Shown: positions 1-13,800, counted from the first letter of the stretch. The stretch is 64,000 nucleotides of DNA from Tubulanus polymorphus (GCF_964204645.1 NC_134032.1:8048275-8112274), one strand, 5' to 3'. Notes: generated by a model not told the origin, from the letters alone. A program made the numbers and translations.

Positions 1-364
1 TTTGATTCCAAAGTTTGGGACCCTTTACGTTCCGTGAAAATGAATTGATGCATTTAACTCAAAAAGATCGGCGAACGTGCAAAGCAGAAGGTTGTGGGAA
101 TGACAATACACAAACTGCCCAACAAGAAGATTGTTTTTATACCATGGAATTTTAAGATCCGAGTGGATTTGAATAACGGGCCTGTGTGTTCTAGGTACGT
201 AGTAACTTATAGTGATGATTCTTATGACTCTTTTTTGATGTTTGAATAATTTCCCTAGAGCAGAGTCGGAGTTGTTGCCCCAAAATTGTCTTCGTTTTCA
301 AGGCTTGTATGATAGAAATATCTAGATCGGAAGTTTGGAATTCATGTAATGTAATTCATGTAAT

Positions 365-454
365 GTAGGTCGGCAATTTGAAACCGAACCCACTCACTTC
401 ATTAAAGAATACCCTCCACGAACGAACTATATTGACCTATTCTGGAGTTGAACC
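365..454 (-). mobile_element. Terminal fragment of the foldback element family at 36166-37040
   Basis: taggtcggcaatt..gaaaccgaacccactcacttcattaaagaa...ctatattgacctattctggagttgaacc is the reverse complement of 36166-36255. Confidence 0.75.
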
Positions 455-688
455 AGTCACACCATCTGGTGGGAGAGCGGGTTGTGCAGACTCACAGTGA
501 AATCAATTGGTTTTGACCTCGGTCTTTTTCCAGGTTTAAGTAATTACCTATGCTCAATAATGAACCAGCTTTGATTAGAAATTTACATGAAATATCAAAT
601 CATACTCAATTATCATCCTAACATAAATCAAAAAGTGTCAAACCTAACTCGAAACTGCGAAGCAGATCTCGTTGAATAATTGCCTTAC

Positions 689-3600
689 CTTTGTACGGAT
701 CGGATTTCTGGAAGGTGACGAACGCTACAGCTGTGTCGGTATTACATACAGACGCCTTGACGGCGGCTCCGTTCACTCCCGGTAAACGTCGACCGCTACG
801 AATCAGAAAATAATGAATAGAAATATACACGAATGGATCGAAAAGGTTATAATACAACCTTTTTATAACCTAAATATATTATATAATATAACCTAAATAT
901 TATCTAGGTCAGAAATCTAGACGCAATTATAAAGATAAACCGAAATTGCAAAATTATCGAAAAGTCGTGCCCTCGGAGTCAAATCTTAACCATATTTCAC
1001 AGCCAGGTTCGCGTGAATTTATTTTGATTGTAGAAATCAGGTTTGGTTTTTGAAATCATTTTTACTATAGAAATCGACTATTGGATACGTAGAGTTCAAT
1101 CAATTATATATCAAAATATGTATTTAAAATATATATCATTTTTACCTCAGAACTTTTTTATTTTTGGCTGAATTTATAGTTGAATTTCTTCGCGTTATGT
1201 AGAGTTGAAGTTAATGAAAATGAATTAGTTTAATATCGAATGTACGTGAAATTGACTTTTTTACTATAGAGTTAGATAAACTGAAAAACAACATGTTTTT
1301 GCTTTGCAGTTTTAAATTGATCGGAAACGAAGTAAATTTGACTAGAGTGGAAAAAACTATGAAAATGAACTGATTTTCTAATTCTTAGAACTGTGGAACT
1401 GAGCCATATCTAAGAAAATATCAAATCATATATCACCTATTTTAACCGCAATAATCATATCAATTATCAATTGAAATTGAAATGATTAACTGATTCTGAT
1501 ACCTGATTAGTAGAACTAGGTCAGATCCCGTGTACTTGTTGACTATGGATTGTCTGTAGGTCCGTAGCTGGGCGAGCACCCCGTGTCTGCCTGACCCCTC
1601 GTCTCCGGTCTCTTCTTCCGAGTAGTCGATATAGTCGTTTCTGGTCCACATTTCAAAGCCGACTTCGGTAACGTTCATATCCACATCGCCCGCGTACTGA
1701 ATATATTAAGAAATATATTTTGAAAATGTTTCTATTATTGGTGGCTGATTAGGGACATGGCGCATTATCTTTTTTTGTAGCCGATTTAGGAGGAACAGAA
1801 TTATACATCTCATAATGCAATAGTTTTTACGCCGTGTAGAATCGACGTAAGGACAATGAAAAAGGTTTCATCGATTTTGCGTTATTTATGGTTCTAATAT
1901 TGTAGTTTTGACGCAACGTGGAAAAACAATTCGATGGTTTTACGGCGATATAAAAACCATGTATGATTCAATGATATTGCCTAAAGTGATGGAAAAGGCT
2001 TTTTTCATTATTTTTACGTTGATTTAACGTGTTATAATAACCATCGCGAAAGCAATAATGATAATGCATAAAACCGATGAAGTGTTTTCATTGCTTTTAC
2101 GTGGATTTCAAAAGAGGCGTAAAACAACAATGCGTATTGTGAGGATGTAAATCCTTTTTTAGATCGGCTACAAAAAAATTGCTCGACATCCTATTAGCTA
2201 GTGTGTTTCTCCCAGGATGTTCCGAATCAGGCGCTATACACATGACTTATGATTATGAAAATACCTTGTTCATACGACTGACGACATCGGTCAAAAAATT
2301 TCTCGCTTGGTTTACATCGTAATTAAACGCGTACGACTGAAAAAGAAATATCATTGGCAGCTCAAACTATAACAAATTCATGCAGTATATATCTGAGTCA
2401 ATTTGTGAACGATTTTGAATTTTCCTAATGGGGAAGAATAAGAATTCGTCTAAATAGAGGGCACGTTCACATGTAAACTCATTTGTTACATCAAAACGAT
2501 ATGTTCAAAAGCGCATTTGTCTGATCATTAAACATCATTTGAAGTACATGTGACGCATATGTTATATTTTCATCTTTAGGTAGAATCAAGTAAAATCGTT
2601 GGCCCGACCGAGAAACCATTGGATATTAAAAATGATTTACGTTTGCATATTTCCTTTCAATTCAAAACGAACTGATTCGATGTCATGATCTGATGAATCA
2701 TTTTTCATCACGAACAATTTCTACTTACGCATTCTTTGTCGCAAATCACGTAGATTTCGACGTTTCGCTTGGAGGTGGATCTTTTAATCCGTTTTTGCTG
2801 AAATACGGAAGAAACTATACTCTGCATTTCAGGATCTAGTTTCACAACTCAACCCACGGTTAGGCCACGCAAAGAAATACCCTTGTTTCTCCTCAGCCCC
2901 CTTTTTGGAAAAGTGACGAGGACGGCAGATTTTTATTTTCAAATATCATTTTAGAAATAAAAAGCCATATTCAAAAATTCCAAAAGTGTCGAGGGCGACT
3001 ATTTTCTTATTTCTTTAGATGGGGAAATTTAGGTGATAATGACCTTGAATCAGGATGGAAAGAACTTCGTTACCGAAATACTCACCTGCCACAGTATCAA
3101 TTGGGTAATAACCATTAAGAAAAACATAAAAAGTGTGATCAGGTTGTTTATCAGGACGCGTGCGGGAGTGTTTTACTTTTTTTAAATGAAGTAAAACAGA
3201 TTTCTGCAGCGGGATGAGCAGTCTTATTTTCATTTTTAGCTGACGAACTTTTTTTGACGCGCGCGGAAAATAAAACCGATGAGAAACAAGCATTTTTTTC
3301 GTGGCCTAAAATATTTGAGAAAATGAACTTATTTCGACTGCAGAGTTAACACTAGGCCCACAACGGTGAAACCGATACCAACCTTTGATAAATTCGTTAA
3401 TATATAATTATTATGATCATTTATACCTAGTGAAGTCATAGATTGGAATGAAAATTATATTTTTCGACATTGCCCGTTGAGCTAGAAATTTACTTACATT
3501 TAATCCTGGGAAGCGAAAAATATGAAATGATTCAAACGTTTTATTAATCAAGCAAAACCAAAAATCTTCAAAATGCTTCCTAAATGTATTTTGGACTGAC

Positions 3601-4879
3601 GCTTATTATAGAAAAGGTTTGATTTTATATGCGAAATGATGAAAGTCTAAGAAGTTTCAAATGTTTACATTGTATCAAAGCTCATTGATACTGATTTTTT
3701 GAAAAGCAAATCATAACGAAACGATTCATAATAAAACTTATCGTGCTGGAAACTGTAAACAAATGGTTTCATGATGTAGTGAGTTTTGCTTTAGAATTTG
3801 AATTACTTACGTCGAGCTGAAGCCTGAAGCGAGGCAACTGCTAAAACCAGAGTCACCAAAACCCATAAACGCCCTGAAAACGAATAGATTAATTCTGTAT
3901 AACATAGAAATTGATATACAGGCATAGACGTTCCTAAACCGGATTTAAGATTGCAAAAACTCATTTCAAGATGTCAAACCAGGAATGTGCAAATGGTGAT
4001 CTTTGAAAAAAGGCATTTGAAACAAGTTTCACGTACGGTTGGGAGTGAGAGCTCAAAGTGAAATTCATTTTCGTTTAAATGTTACATTATAAGACGTAGT
4101 TATTATGTAAGAAGAAGAATGTGGCACAGCAATGGGGCTACACCGAGAGACTGACCAAGTAGGCCGTATGATCCAGGGGCCAGTTGCACAGTCGTGGCTC
4201 AAGTCCAAAAGCGGTCTTCAATCTTTAGACCGGTCTTACGTTAGTTGTTAGTTTGGCTATAGAACTAAGTTGGACTTAACCTGGTCTTAAGTCTAAGCCA
4301 TGACTATGCAACCGGCCTCAGAAGATTGCAAACCACATTCATCTCACCCACCACGCCTCGCACACACGTATCAAATTGACGAATGGAAATAGAAAATGTA
4401 TAAAATCTTAGACATTTTATGATTATGTTATATTGTATAGTCCGGAAATAAGTCAATTTGAGTGGAAATAAGTCAATTCTTAATCACATCAACCCATATT
4501 TGACATTTTTACTGACGCTTCTGGAGGAACTGGATCCCGATTGAAATTCCGCGTGAAATTGTAAATCGATTAGTTAAAACTGAGAATCTTTGGCACGAAA
4601 GATCGAAATCGTTTTTGTTCAACCCGCTAAGCGCCACGCAGGGCATCATAAGTTCGATGTTTCCTTTTCCCAATGGGGTTCGAGACCAGGGAAGAACCTT
4701 CGACCAAGAAACTCTGTCGCCACCAGGGATTGAACCCATAAACCCTCGATTGACGAGACCAGCGACCGGCGGCTTAACCCACACGGCCACTGCGCCTCTC
4801 AAATCGTTGATTGGACGAACATTTAGAGTCGAATATAAGAAAGACTAAAACGTTCGATATACGTACCCGTGTTCACCAT
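689..4879 (-). CDS. Secreted reprolysin (M12B/ADAM-like) metalloprotease, gene 1; 5' part only, continues beyond window start
   Basis: Phase-consistent GT-AG exons 4867-4879, 3811-3873, 3498-3505, 2729-2797, 2265-2336, 1503-1696, 689-795 give MVNTGRLWVLVTLVLAVASLQASARRLNQKRIKR|STSKRNVEIYVICDKECSYAFNYD...GFEMWTRND...DLVLLISGRRLPGVNGAAVKASVCN: signal peptide, furin site and N-half of a reprolysin domain. Intron positions match gene 2. HEXXH exon not found in the window. Confidence 0.85.
2860..3309. mobile_element. Non-autonomous TIR element (MITE) in an intron of gene 1
   Basis: Inverted termini TTAGGCCACG(C/A)AAA ... TTTTTCGTGGCCTAA; no coding capacity. Confidence 0.55.
4177..4318. mobile_element. 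PIF/Harbinger-like MITE (related copies near 38530-38632, 39272-39430, 40288-40400, 47545-47685)
   Basis: TIR GGGCCAGTTGCA...TGCAACCGGCCT flanked by 3-bp CAG duplication; largely palindromic interior. Confidence 0.65.
4614..4800 (-). mobile_element. tRNA-derived SINE, apparently full length
   Basis: Minus strand begins GAGAGGCGCAGTGGCCGTGTGG (A box) with GGTTCAATCCC (B box); 8-bp TSD AAATCGTT at 4606-4613 and 4801-4808. A degenerate relative ends near 46920. Confidence 0.75.
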
Positions 4880-4964
4880 GTTGACGAGGCTATCTGATAA
4901 TCCGAGTTTGAATGAACGAACGGCAAGCTAGGTCTATGATACAATCCCGGTGATTCTAATCGCG

Positions 4965-4972
4965 TTATATAA
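4965..4972 (-). promoter_or_regulatory. Candidate TATA box of metalloprotease gene 1
   Basis: TTATATAA about 90 bp upstream of the ATG at 4879; gene 2 has a similarly placed TATA. Confidence 0.4.
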
Positions 4973-6230
4973 CGGGCAATGTTTTGATTGACACGTAAAC
5001 CAACAGATATTAACCTTTAAATTAATTCGAATATGATTGTATTTGCTCATTTATATCTACTGAATTTATGAAATGGAATTGTATTTGATAAGGATCAGTT
5101 TGTTGTTGTATCTGTCACCCGATAAAGTACCGATTGTTATAAAAGTTATCTAATTTTACAAGTTGGGAGAATGCCATCTGCCACGAATGACCATCGTAAC
5201 ATTGATCTATATCTAGATTTATCATCAATGGAAATTTCCTGAAAATAATTGGAAAGTTGCTGCGCCCGTCTGTGTAAACACCGCTGATAGGAAATTTACG
5301 TCTTTTCCAGCTGCGGCACGCGAGTGAATCGGACGCCCACGGATGAGAATAACCGCTGGACGTAAACATTACAATAACTAATTCAAATTATCGCTCGTCA
5401 TCAATCCAATATCTCTTCATTATTATTCTGCAAGTATTTATTCAGGCACCGTGTTGGACCGTAATGCGTTAAAAATCGATAAATCAAAACCACATAATGG
5501 GCAAATCTTATTTTAATGCTACGAGCTTCCGCGATTATGTACGCATAACTGGGCCTGTATAGGCCTAGCCAGTCTTTTCAAGTCAAAAATACACAAGCTT
5601 TATTTCAGTGTAATGACCTGTTACCCCTTATGTCACATAATTTAACTTAAAGCTACCGAGTGGGTATTTCATTTTCAGGCATATTCATTGTTCACGGGCT
5701 TGCATTTTTTCGTTAAGAGTAGAATCAGGATTTTGAATGTATAATGTTTATATGACCGGGTCTGTATTCAATTGTTAAACTACGGTTGAACGTCAAGTAG
5801 AATCGGTCGGTCGATTCGGCGTTGCTTTCAACATATCGCGCGCAATCCTCCTATTTTTAACCCCGCGGCGGATTTTAACCGGGTTCAAATACAGTTTTTA
5901 AGCATTTCGAAGACTCATTAATCAAATTAATATTCGTTGCTGAAATATTTCACGTGGGAATATACGGTTGAGCGAATTCTGCCCACAGGGCGTCAGTCAA
6001 CTAGTAGCATTTCAACGGAATCCGCGTGAGTAGAAACTGCCGAGGATCGTTGTGAAACTGTTTACTTTTTAGTAAGAAATAGTTTTTCTTAAACTTCAAT
6101 TCTACATTCATTTTTAGTTCATTTTCAATCGCTTAAACTCCGCCATTTGGATTAGTTACTTTTCAATTATACGCTTCAACTTAACAATCGTTTCTACATT
6201 TTCAGATCAACATTAGAGCTCATGTTTGAT

Positions 6231-6445
6231 TATAAGATAAAAACCCACTATCTACAGATTAAAAGAATGTGAAAACAAGTATTTATTTATTCAATCTAAA
6301 ATATATAGGATACACGACGTTTCGATCTCACCCTAGAGATCATCGTCAAGTGTGCTACACCTGACGATGGCCCACACCTGATGATGATCTCTGGGTTTTT
6401 ATCTTATTATCCTTTCACCACGTTTGAGTGTGGTTACCGTTCTAT
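6231..6445. mobile_element. Penelope-like terminal repeat in inverted arrangement, with hammerhead motif
   Basis: 6231-6354 is the reverse complement of 56802-56925; 6356-6445 is a forward, internally deleted copy of the same repeat. Confidence 0.65.
6311..6354 (-). ncRNA. Minimal type I hammerhead ribozyme motif (core variant UUGACGA)
   Basis: Minus strand CACAC-TTGACGA-T-GATCTC-TAGGGT-GAGATC-GAAA-CGTC-GTGTA: stem I ACAC/GTGT, stem II GATCTC/GAGATC, GUC cleavage triplet. Confidence 0.55.
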
Positions 6446-6823
6446 CATGTTTGACTTCTTTTAACGCCTACTGGTGAATGGGTTAGGTGTACAAGCAAAG
6501 TGAAAACTGATCGGGGCCCCTACCGATAGTTCTTTAGCAGGACTATATATGAATTAAAACTCCCGAGGGCACCCTCCCACTGTGTGTCGCTTAAGTACTT
6601 AATTCGTCTTTTTTGTGATTAAATGTCATTCTTTCTTTCGCTCACGATTGAAGAAGTGTCGGGGGACCAGGGGACCATGAAACGGCGGCGTAGATTTGGT
6701 GTTGTCGGCGGTCAAACGTTCAAGCCACTGCCACCCGAAAACAAAATTCCGAGTAGGCCTACTGATCCGTCGAGCGCAGCTAGTTTATACGTCCATACCC
6801 ACCCGGCAACAGTCAGTTGCATC

Positions 6824-8274
6824 ATGAGCGGGGAAAAGCTCGTGGAATTACCGCGAAGATTTCTACGAGAATCGACGACAGGCTCTTTGGAAGAGCCATC
6901 GTCTGGACTCAGTCAAGCAGCGCATAACGCCCCCTGTACAGAAGAGGATTTAAAAACGGCATTGGTTTGGATAAGACAAGAAATAGTAAGTTATTATCGA
7001 GAAGGAAACGTAAAGATTTGTAGAGAGATTTATAAAGTCGAATACAATCTAACAATAATTCGGCCACTGAGATGTAAAGGTCTCAAGTAAAAATGTAAAT
7101 ATTTAGAGCAACGTTTCGGCTAAAGACCATTAACCAAGAATTTCACATCTTTGGCTGAACTATTGTAGGATTACGCAAATTCATCTTACACGGATATTGT
7201 GCATCGTCTCAACTTATTGTAGCAAAGCCTATTGTGGCGTTTAACTCAGATAATTTGCCAGCTATGTACCCAGAGATACGTGAAACGTTTCTTATTGGTT
7301 AAATTTGCGAAAAAGAAAAACTATGTGGTTGAACCTGAAAAGAAATCAGCAATGTCATACACAACACACCTGGTCGATCTTCACTCGCTTGTGTGGATAC
7401 GTAGTAGAAAAAAAAACTTAAACTTTATTCATTCATCCTGACGATGTCAATTGTATAAGGCAATTATGTAAGGATATAGAAAAACATGCACATTAATACA
7501 CTTAGAAACAAAATATTTACAGAACATTTCAACATATATATGATATTCATTGATAATTTCGAGTCCTTCGTATTCAATAACTCGTAATATTTTAGCTCGG
7601 ATGGATTTTCGTAATAGTAACTTGTTAGGTATCTTCCTCTCAGCTCGGTGTGACAAACGCAGATCATTAGATAATGGTATTCATCCCCAATTTCACCAGA
7701 ATTACATATTGTACATAGTTTTTCTTCTTTCTTTTTCGTATATCTATCCTTTGCAATCGGTAAACAATGATTATTGGCACGGTAGTGTAGCAAATAGTGA
7801 CAGAATTTTGGATATCCTACTGCACACTAGTGACATCTGTTGGATCCTCACGCGGCAGTAGCGTTGATGGGGCATTCGCAGTGGCATTCCAATTTAGATT
7901 TCTTTGAAAAGGTAAAATACTAAATAAACAAATTTCAGTTTCAGATGCGGCAATTGGATCGATCATTGACCAAACAACTTTTAGACATAGACAACGCTAT
8001 TACAGAGTTCAAGGACACTACCACTGCCATCGGTGAGAACGTCAGCGATTCTAGGATATCCCTGATATCCGACCTAGATATCCCTTCGGTGACAACATAT
8101 CGGAGGTATCCACTTCAGGGCGATTCGGGAATGATCGAATACAGAGTTCGGACAGTGTCGACAGTGCTGCCACCTAATTCCCAAAGATTAAGTCGCAATC
8201 GAAAGTCGTCGGCTCCGATTTTGGAGCATACGTCATCGGAAAGGCAGCAAGCGACTTTTATACTGAAAATATGA
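6824..8274 (+). CDS. FAM167-like coiled-coil protein, two coding exons (start may lie further upstream at 6623 or 6677)
   Basis: Exon ending 6985 (GTAAGT donor) joins acceptor at 7939 in frame, giving LKTALVWIRQEI|FQMRQLDRSLTKQLLDI, which resembles the FAM167 motif ALxWLRxELxEMRxQDxxLARQL. Confidence 0.6.
7450..7830 (-). mobile_element. 3' fragment of RTE-X-like LINE in the FAM167-like intron
   Basis: NNHCLPI..RY....EKLCTICNSGEIGDEYHYLMIC matches the C-terminal motif of the LINE ORF2 at 29.5-29.7 kb. Confidence 0.75.
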
Positions 8275-9889
8275 TCAGTTGATTTTGAAATGCAAAGTAA
8301 CTGGTTACTTAGGCCTTGTCATTCACAAACTGGCCGTTATTAGTCAGCCATTCTATTTCATATCTGATTGGTTGATTCAAAACACCGGAATATATGATCG
8401 GTGAAAAACGATCATCGTAATTCTCGAACAGGCCACTAGGTGTCGTCTAAACCGAGCAATTTTAAAAAAACTGGTCCTCTTGCGAATTGACTACCAGGAT
8501 CAGCTTGTATGATGGGTATGATGGTGTGATGCGGTTAAGCCAAAAACGATCATGTCAATTCGGACACTGGTCACTGGATGTCACTTTCCTATCGTATTCA
8601 TTATTCTATATAATATACTTTGCATAGGCTTTTAAGGCGATTATTGTGAACTTTATTTCGCTCTTTGAGGAAAGAATTTCCTCATTATAAAAACAACGAC
8701 GATTTAACAGTCCACGGACAGCCCGAGGCTTAATGGCGACAACCCTGCTGAGAGTTAAATGGTCAGTTAAATCGCCATTTAATCGATTATGGCGTTTATC
8801 TTGCGCACGCTCTGTGTCCATGGTTACCTTAACATAACAAATTCTGATATTCCATTGTATTTTCCAAAGAGGAGAGTAAGATCGAGAATGAATGTCGTTT
8901 CATCGTTAACAGCAAAGTCCGGCGGCATACCCTTAATACAACATTTACATTGATCTTGTTGTGAATGTCGTATGGCTTCTAGTGAAATAAATTGGTTACA
9001 CACGTTTCAGATAATAGTGAAATAATGATGCGTTGTTCTTATACGGCGCAAGGATCCAATAGTATAGTTCAAATGCGCCCTTCTGGGAAAATATCGTGGG
9101 AACTGAATGGCTCATTGACAACGATAATTGCAATGATGCATACGAATAGTGCAACTATTTTCGATTGATTTTTATCTGACTCTCGACTCGAAATTCGGAC
9201 CCAGAAAGTTTAAGGTTAGTAGGATAAATCCAGGGACTAATTTCTTGATGAACTATCTAAATTCTTATGGGCGCCTTGATATCCAAAATGACATGTTTAA
9301 ATGGGTTTCATTTATTAAATTGGGTTCTTTCCCGGACTGAAATGCTTTTCAACAATAGGAAATCGGTGCTTTTCAGTGCGGTATTCATTGTCCTTAGGAA
9401 TGTGGAAAGTTCTTCAAAGATTTTGCCCTTTGTAACCATAAACTCTGGGTTGTTTCTGGCTACGAGTTGGCGATTTAGAGCCAGATTTAAACTACACATG
9501 TTTATCCGGGTCCTGGTATTCGCTATTACAGAAGAAAACACGAAGATTATTACACTGTATTGTTATGCATCATTAAAATTACATGTATCTTTATTATCGT
9601 TAAAGAGACATTCAGTACATAATTGGAAATTTCAATTTTTTAAATTTTTTTAACAATCTTCCAACAAGTATTAACACATAAATGCCCCCGTATCATCAAC
9701 AAGAAACATATTTGAAAGTCTATTGACGCCTTGAAAAATAAAACATATCGCTCAATATTGTCAACAATAAATAATATAATGTAGCATTAAAGATCAATAA
9801 AGTTATTTTAAAAATATCGATTTGATTGGATTGAATTGACCGGCAGCAAAGTCTATGACCTAGTGCACATAATGATGATTATTGTTATC

Positions 9890-10400
9890 ACCATTATTAT
9901 ACAAAATTTGTATAGCGCCTTATTCCAAAAGATGCTCTAAACCGCTTTACACAACACCATAATAAAAACAGACGCAGTACTTAAATCCTACAAAACATTC
10001 AAAACATCCAGTATGGAAAATTCAGTTAATAAAATGTCTGGTGAAAAGTTCAGTTTTGAAAAGAGTTTTAAACGATTCAGCAGATCTTATGGCACTGCAG
10101 GGTAGAGCATACCATAAAACTGGCGGTAAAAGAACGTAAACCATAGCGCTTAGTTTTAAAACGCGGAAAATCAAGTAAAATCTGTTTACGTACATGGGGT
10201 ATATACAGAAATCATTGACTTTATATACTCCGGGCACTGTCATGCAAGACTTTATAAATATACGATAGAATTTTAAACTCAATTCTCAAATGAACTGGGG
10301 AGCCAGTGAAGTCTAGTTAAATATGATGCTTATGATCTTACATGATGCAGATTTAAAGATCTGATGGTCCTCACACCTGACGATGAGCTCCATTAATTGT
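9890..10400 (-). mobile_element. Decayed 3' end of an L2/CR1-group LINE
   Basis: LWYALPCSAIRSAESFKTLFKTELF resembles the L2/CR1 ORF2 C-terminus; tail GTAAAGCG..TAGAGC...AAGGCGCTATACAAAT followed by (AAT)n-like repeats. Confidence 0.65.
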
Positions 10401-10887
10401 TCAGGTGCCATTCCATGAAAACATTTCGAAGTCGTTTTCGTCAATGCAGACGCCAAGATTTTAACGTAATGGAGATCGAGAAATCCATTCACCATCAACC
10501 AATATACCTACCCAACTCGAGAAAAATCCACCCTCGTAACATAGTTGATATTGCAGCACGTGATCGATTTCCTGATATAATCGACAATGAATAATATGAT
10601 ATAAAACTAAGGACCAATAAGTATGAGTCTTGAATTTGAAAATATCGACGATTGAATTGAATTGACCGGCAAGCTCCAATATCGATGACATCCACTCAAA
10701 ATCCATTATAAAAACACGTGTAAAATCTATTGAGTAGTAACTAAGAGTCATGAAATATATCCAATTACAAAATAAAGGCTAAAATTAACAATAGCAGAAT
10801 AGAAATCGTTATTATGAAACACCAATATTGACGATGTAATAGGACGGTGTTAAATGAATAAACAAAATAGTACCCTGATACACACTT

Positions 10888-13800
10888 TTATGCATCGTCT
10901 TCTTGTTTCACCCTTTGCCACTGGACGGTAGACCGGGAATATGTCCAGAGGTTAGACAATTTTGCTTTCGCACAGGCGGTAAAAGGGGGTAATGGATTTA
11001 TAACGGATAAACCTCTGCGGACGGGTGAAAATATTGCGCCGATTATCTTCCTGATACCGGGTTCTAGTGCAGCCGTCGGCATTTCTATACATAGACTTAG
11101 TATTGTTCCGCCCGCGTAAGATATTAGCGTATTACCTATGAGTAAATACAGCTGAAATTAACAACAACAAAAAAACAATTATCATAATGGTTCCACAGAT
11201 GCCGCCCACATTCCCGACAGAAAATGCCGCGACTTATGGAATTCGCGTAAATGATAGTGGAATGCAGCAATAGAACTAAAAATGCTACAATTTGGTCACT
11301 ATTTAAGATTGTAAAAACTGCATTTTACTTCATTTTCGACGTTTCTCGATTAATGCAACATATCCGCAATTAATGTTACTTACAAAGCTGGTGTAGTTCA
11401 GGTGCAAGGGGGTCCGTAGGGATAGACCTCTGTACAAGATAACTAGAGGATGTAGCAAGTAGGTGCAATACGACAATCGACCGAGCGGTAAAAATCCCCT
11501 CCACGATAGGAAACTATTCACAACTCCTAGAATCGTGAAAGAGAGAGAATATTAAAATCTAAACTCCTACAGAATATCGCAAAAACGTTATGTCGAATGA
11601 ATTTTGAAAATAAATCTCAATTTTTCGTGCACTTCATAAAGAGATACGACCTGACTCCATTGCATGAATCCAAAAACGAAGCCTACGAGCCACCTCGATT
11701 TAAGGCTGGTCTAAACCGTACGAAACTAAACGAGTGGTTACCAACTTGATAGGGTCGTAATGAGTATAAGACTATTTGACAATTACCTCCGTAACCATTT
11801 TGACAAGCGAATATAATCCACCCCAATCCGATACATAACACCGTATTCTGACACGAGTAGTACAGATTAATCATTGTCTGACTCATCGGATGTCCGTTGA
11901 AATGGCCGTGTAATCCGAATAGAGGCCAGTAAATACACGCGATACCGATTACCCATCCAATAATCACGATTACCTGGAGTTAGAGAGGCATAGAATATTT
12001 ATAATCTATAAACATACAGAATTACTCAATCGACATAATCGTTTTAGGTAAACTAGGTTCTCATCGGAATTTCCCAGTTCTATTCAATGACGGCCCCTCC
12101 CCTTGTGAACTCATATACGAAAACCGATCACTTGAAACGGACCATAATCACTGAGCAACAATTTTGCAGTTGATTGTGTTAACGATATAAAATACATGTC
12201 TAGACACACCGATATATATTATTGCTGCAGTGCCTTTTCATATGTTTCCATTATCCAACGCCTCCTTGTGTTATTCAGAAACTAGTAAACTTGAAACTGA
12301 CCATAGACAAAGCAAGTCATGAGCAACAATTTGCAATTGCTTGTGGTGAGAAAATATAATGCATGGTACCAATACGAATGACAAAAATACGTTATTGAAT
12401 ATAGGCTACCTACAAGTTAAAGTCAGTTGCGTAAAATTCTCCTGATCAAAAAACCTGTCTGATATGTTAGAGATCCCTTCCCTGATTACACCCATCACGA
12501 ATTCCAATGGAAAATGGCGAACCATTATGTAGGTCTCGGGCATTAGGCCAAAAATGTGGGCATAAACAAAATTATGGGACGACCATTCAGGGTGTGATCG
12601 ACCAAATTGCTTTTATGATAATAGCCCCTTTGAGGATGCAAATACATATGAATGGTCAGCTAACGTATCTAGAATAGATACAAGTATGAACTAAATATCA
12701 GGACAATCTATGGAAGCTTCTTCCAAACTTCCCCAAATAACTAGATTATGTCTACGGACGAACAGGCGGCCGAAAAGTGAACGCATTAGCCCGCTGGGAC
12801 TTAACTCCCAAGTGTGCTAACATGGCGGTGTTTTTCAAAAATTAAATATCTACAGTAAAATCAGGGTTCATTTTCAATTTGGAGAACATGGATAAGTCAC
12901 CACGCCGATGTGAACCTCTGAGGCGAGTATTAGTATATACATTTTGTGGGAAACAGAAAAATAATTCCTTTGAATCTTACCCGGTTGATTGCGATATTTT
13001 TGGTGAATGCGATATTTTTTCCATTGGTTTTGGCCATGATGTAGCCGACGATGAGTCCGCAAAAATGTGGACTGATGTGATACCACGGTTTTAAGTAATA
13101 CCCATAGAAGAAACTGGAAACAACAAAAGGCGATATCTAAATGTGCAGTCTCCGGTGATGTAAATTCTTAAAGGATAATCTTGGAAATATCGTGCTCTTA
13201 CTTTCCACCAGCTCCAACACCCCAGTGCCGAACGGCCCAGATATGCGCAAAATATCCTATATGCACAAATATTGGAATGGAAGCTACCAGCACACCAAAA
13301 GCTTCTTTCCTGTCAACATGTAAAACATGTATCTACTCTGTGATAATCGTCTTTGAAACATGTTACTACATGTATTTGGTGATAATGATCTTTAAAATCC
13401 TTAAAAACTATTTTATATAGTTTTTAAAGATTTTGTATATGCAATCGAATCGAAATCGAATTTGGAAATTGATTATTCTACTAGTAGTATCACTTACCAA
13501 CAAAAGGCCACGAGAACTACAGGAGATACCCAATAAAATTGCATGTTTGCACTCAAGAACCACGTCCATCCGCAACACTGTAACCAAAGAGCACAATTTA
13601 ACAACGATTTTACATTGGATATTCGAATCATATTCTCTCAGGAAATTTAATCGATAACTTTTCTGAATGAGATATTTACATTTTAATGATCTAGCCAAGA
13701 TCTATTCTAAACGATAATCAAATGAACGGAATTATAAGCGGGCGAGAACTTTGACTCCTCAAAAATCCGTCGGGCACAGCTAATAATCTTCTATTACAGA

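Noticed and set aside
1-200. Possible next exon (HEXXH) of gene 1
   Set aside because: No minus-strand frame here contains the zinc motif; the gene presumably continues outside the window.
8606-9653. Several 60-130 aa ORFs on both strands
   Set aside because: No recognisable motif or consistent splice chain; interrupted by a MITE-like repeat.
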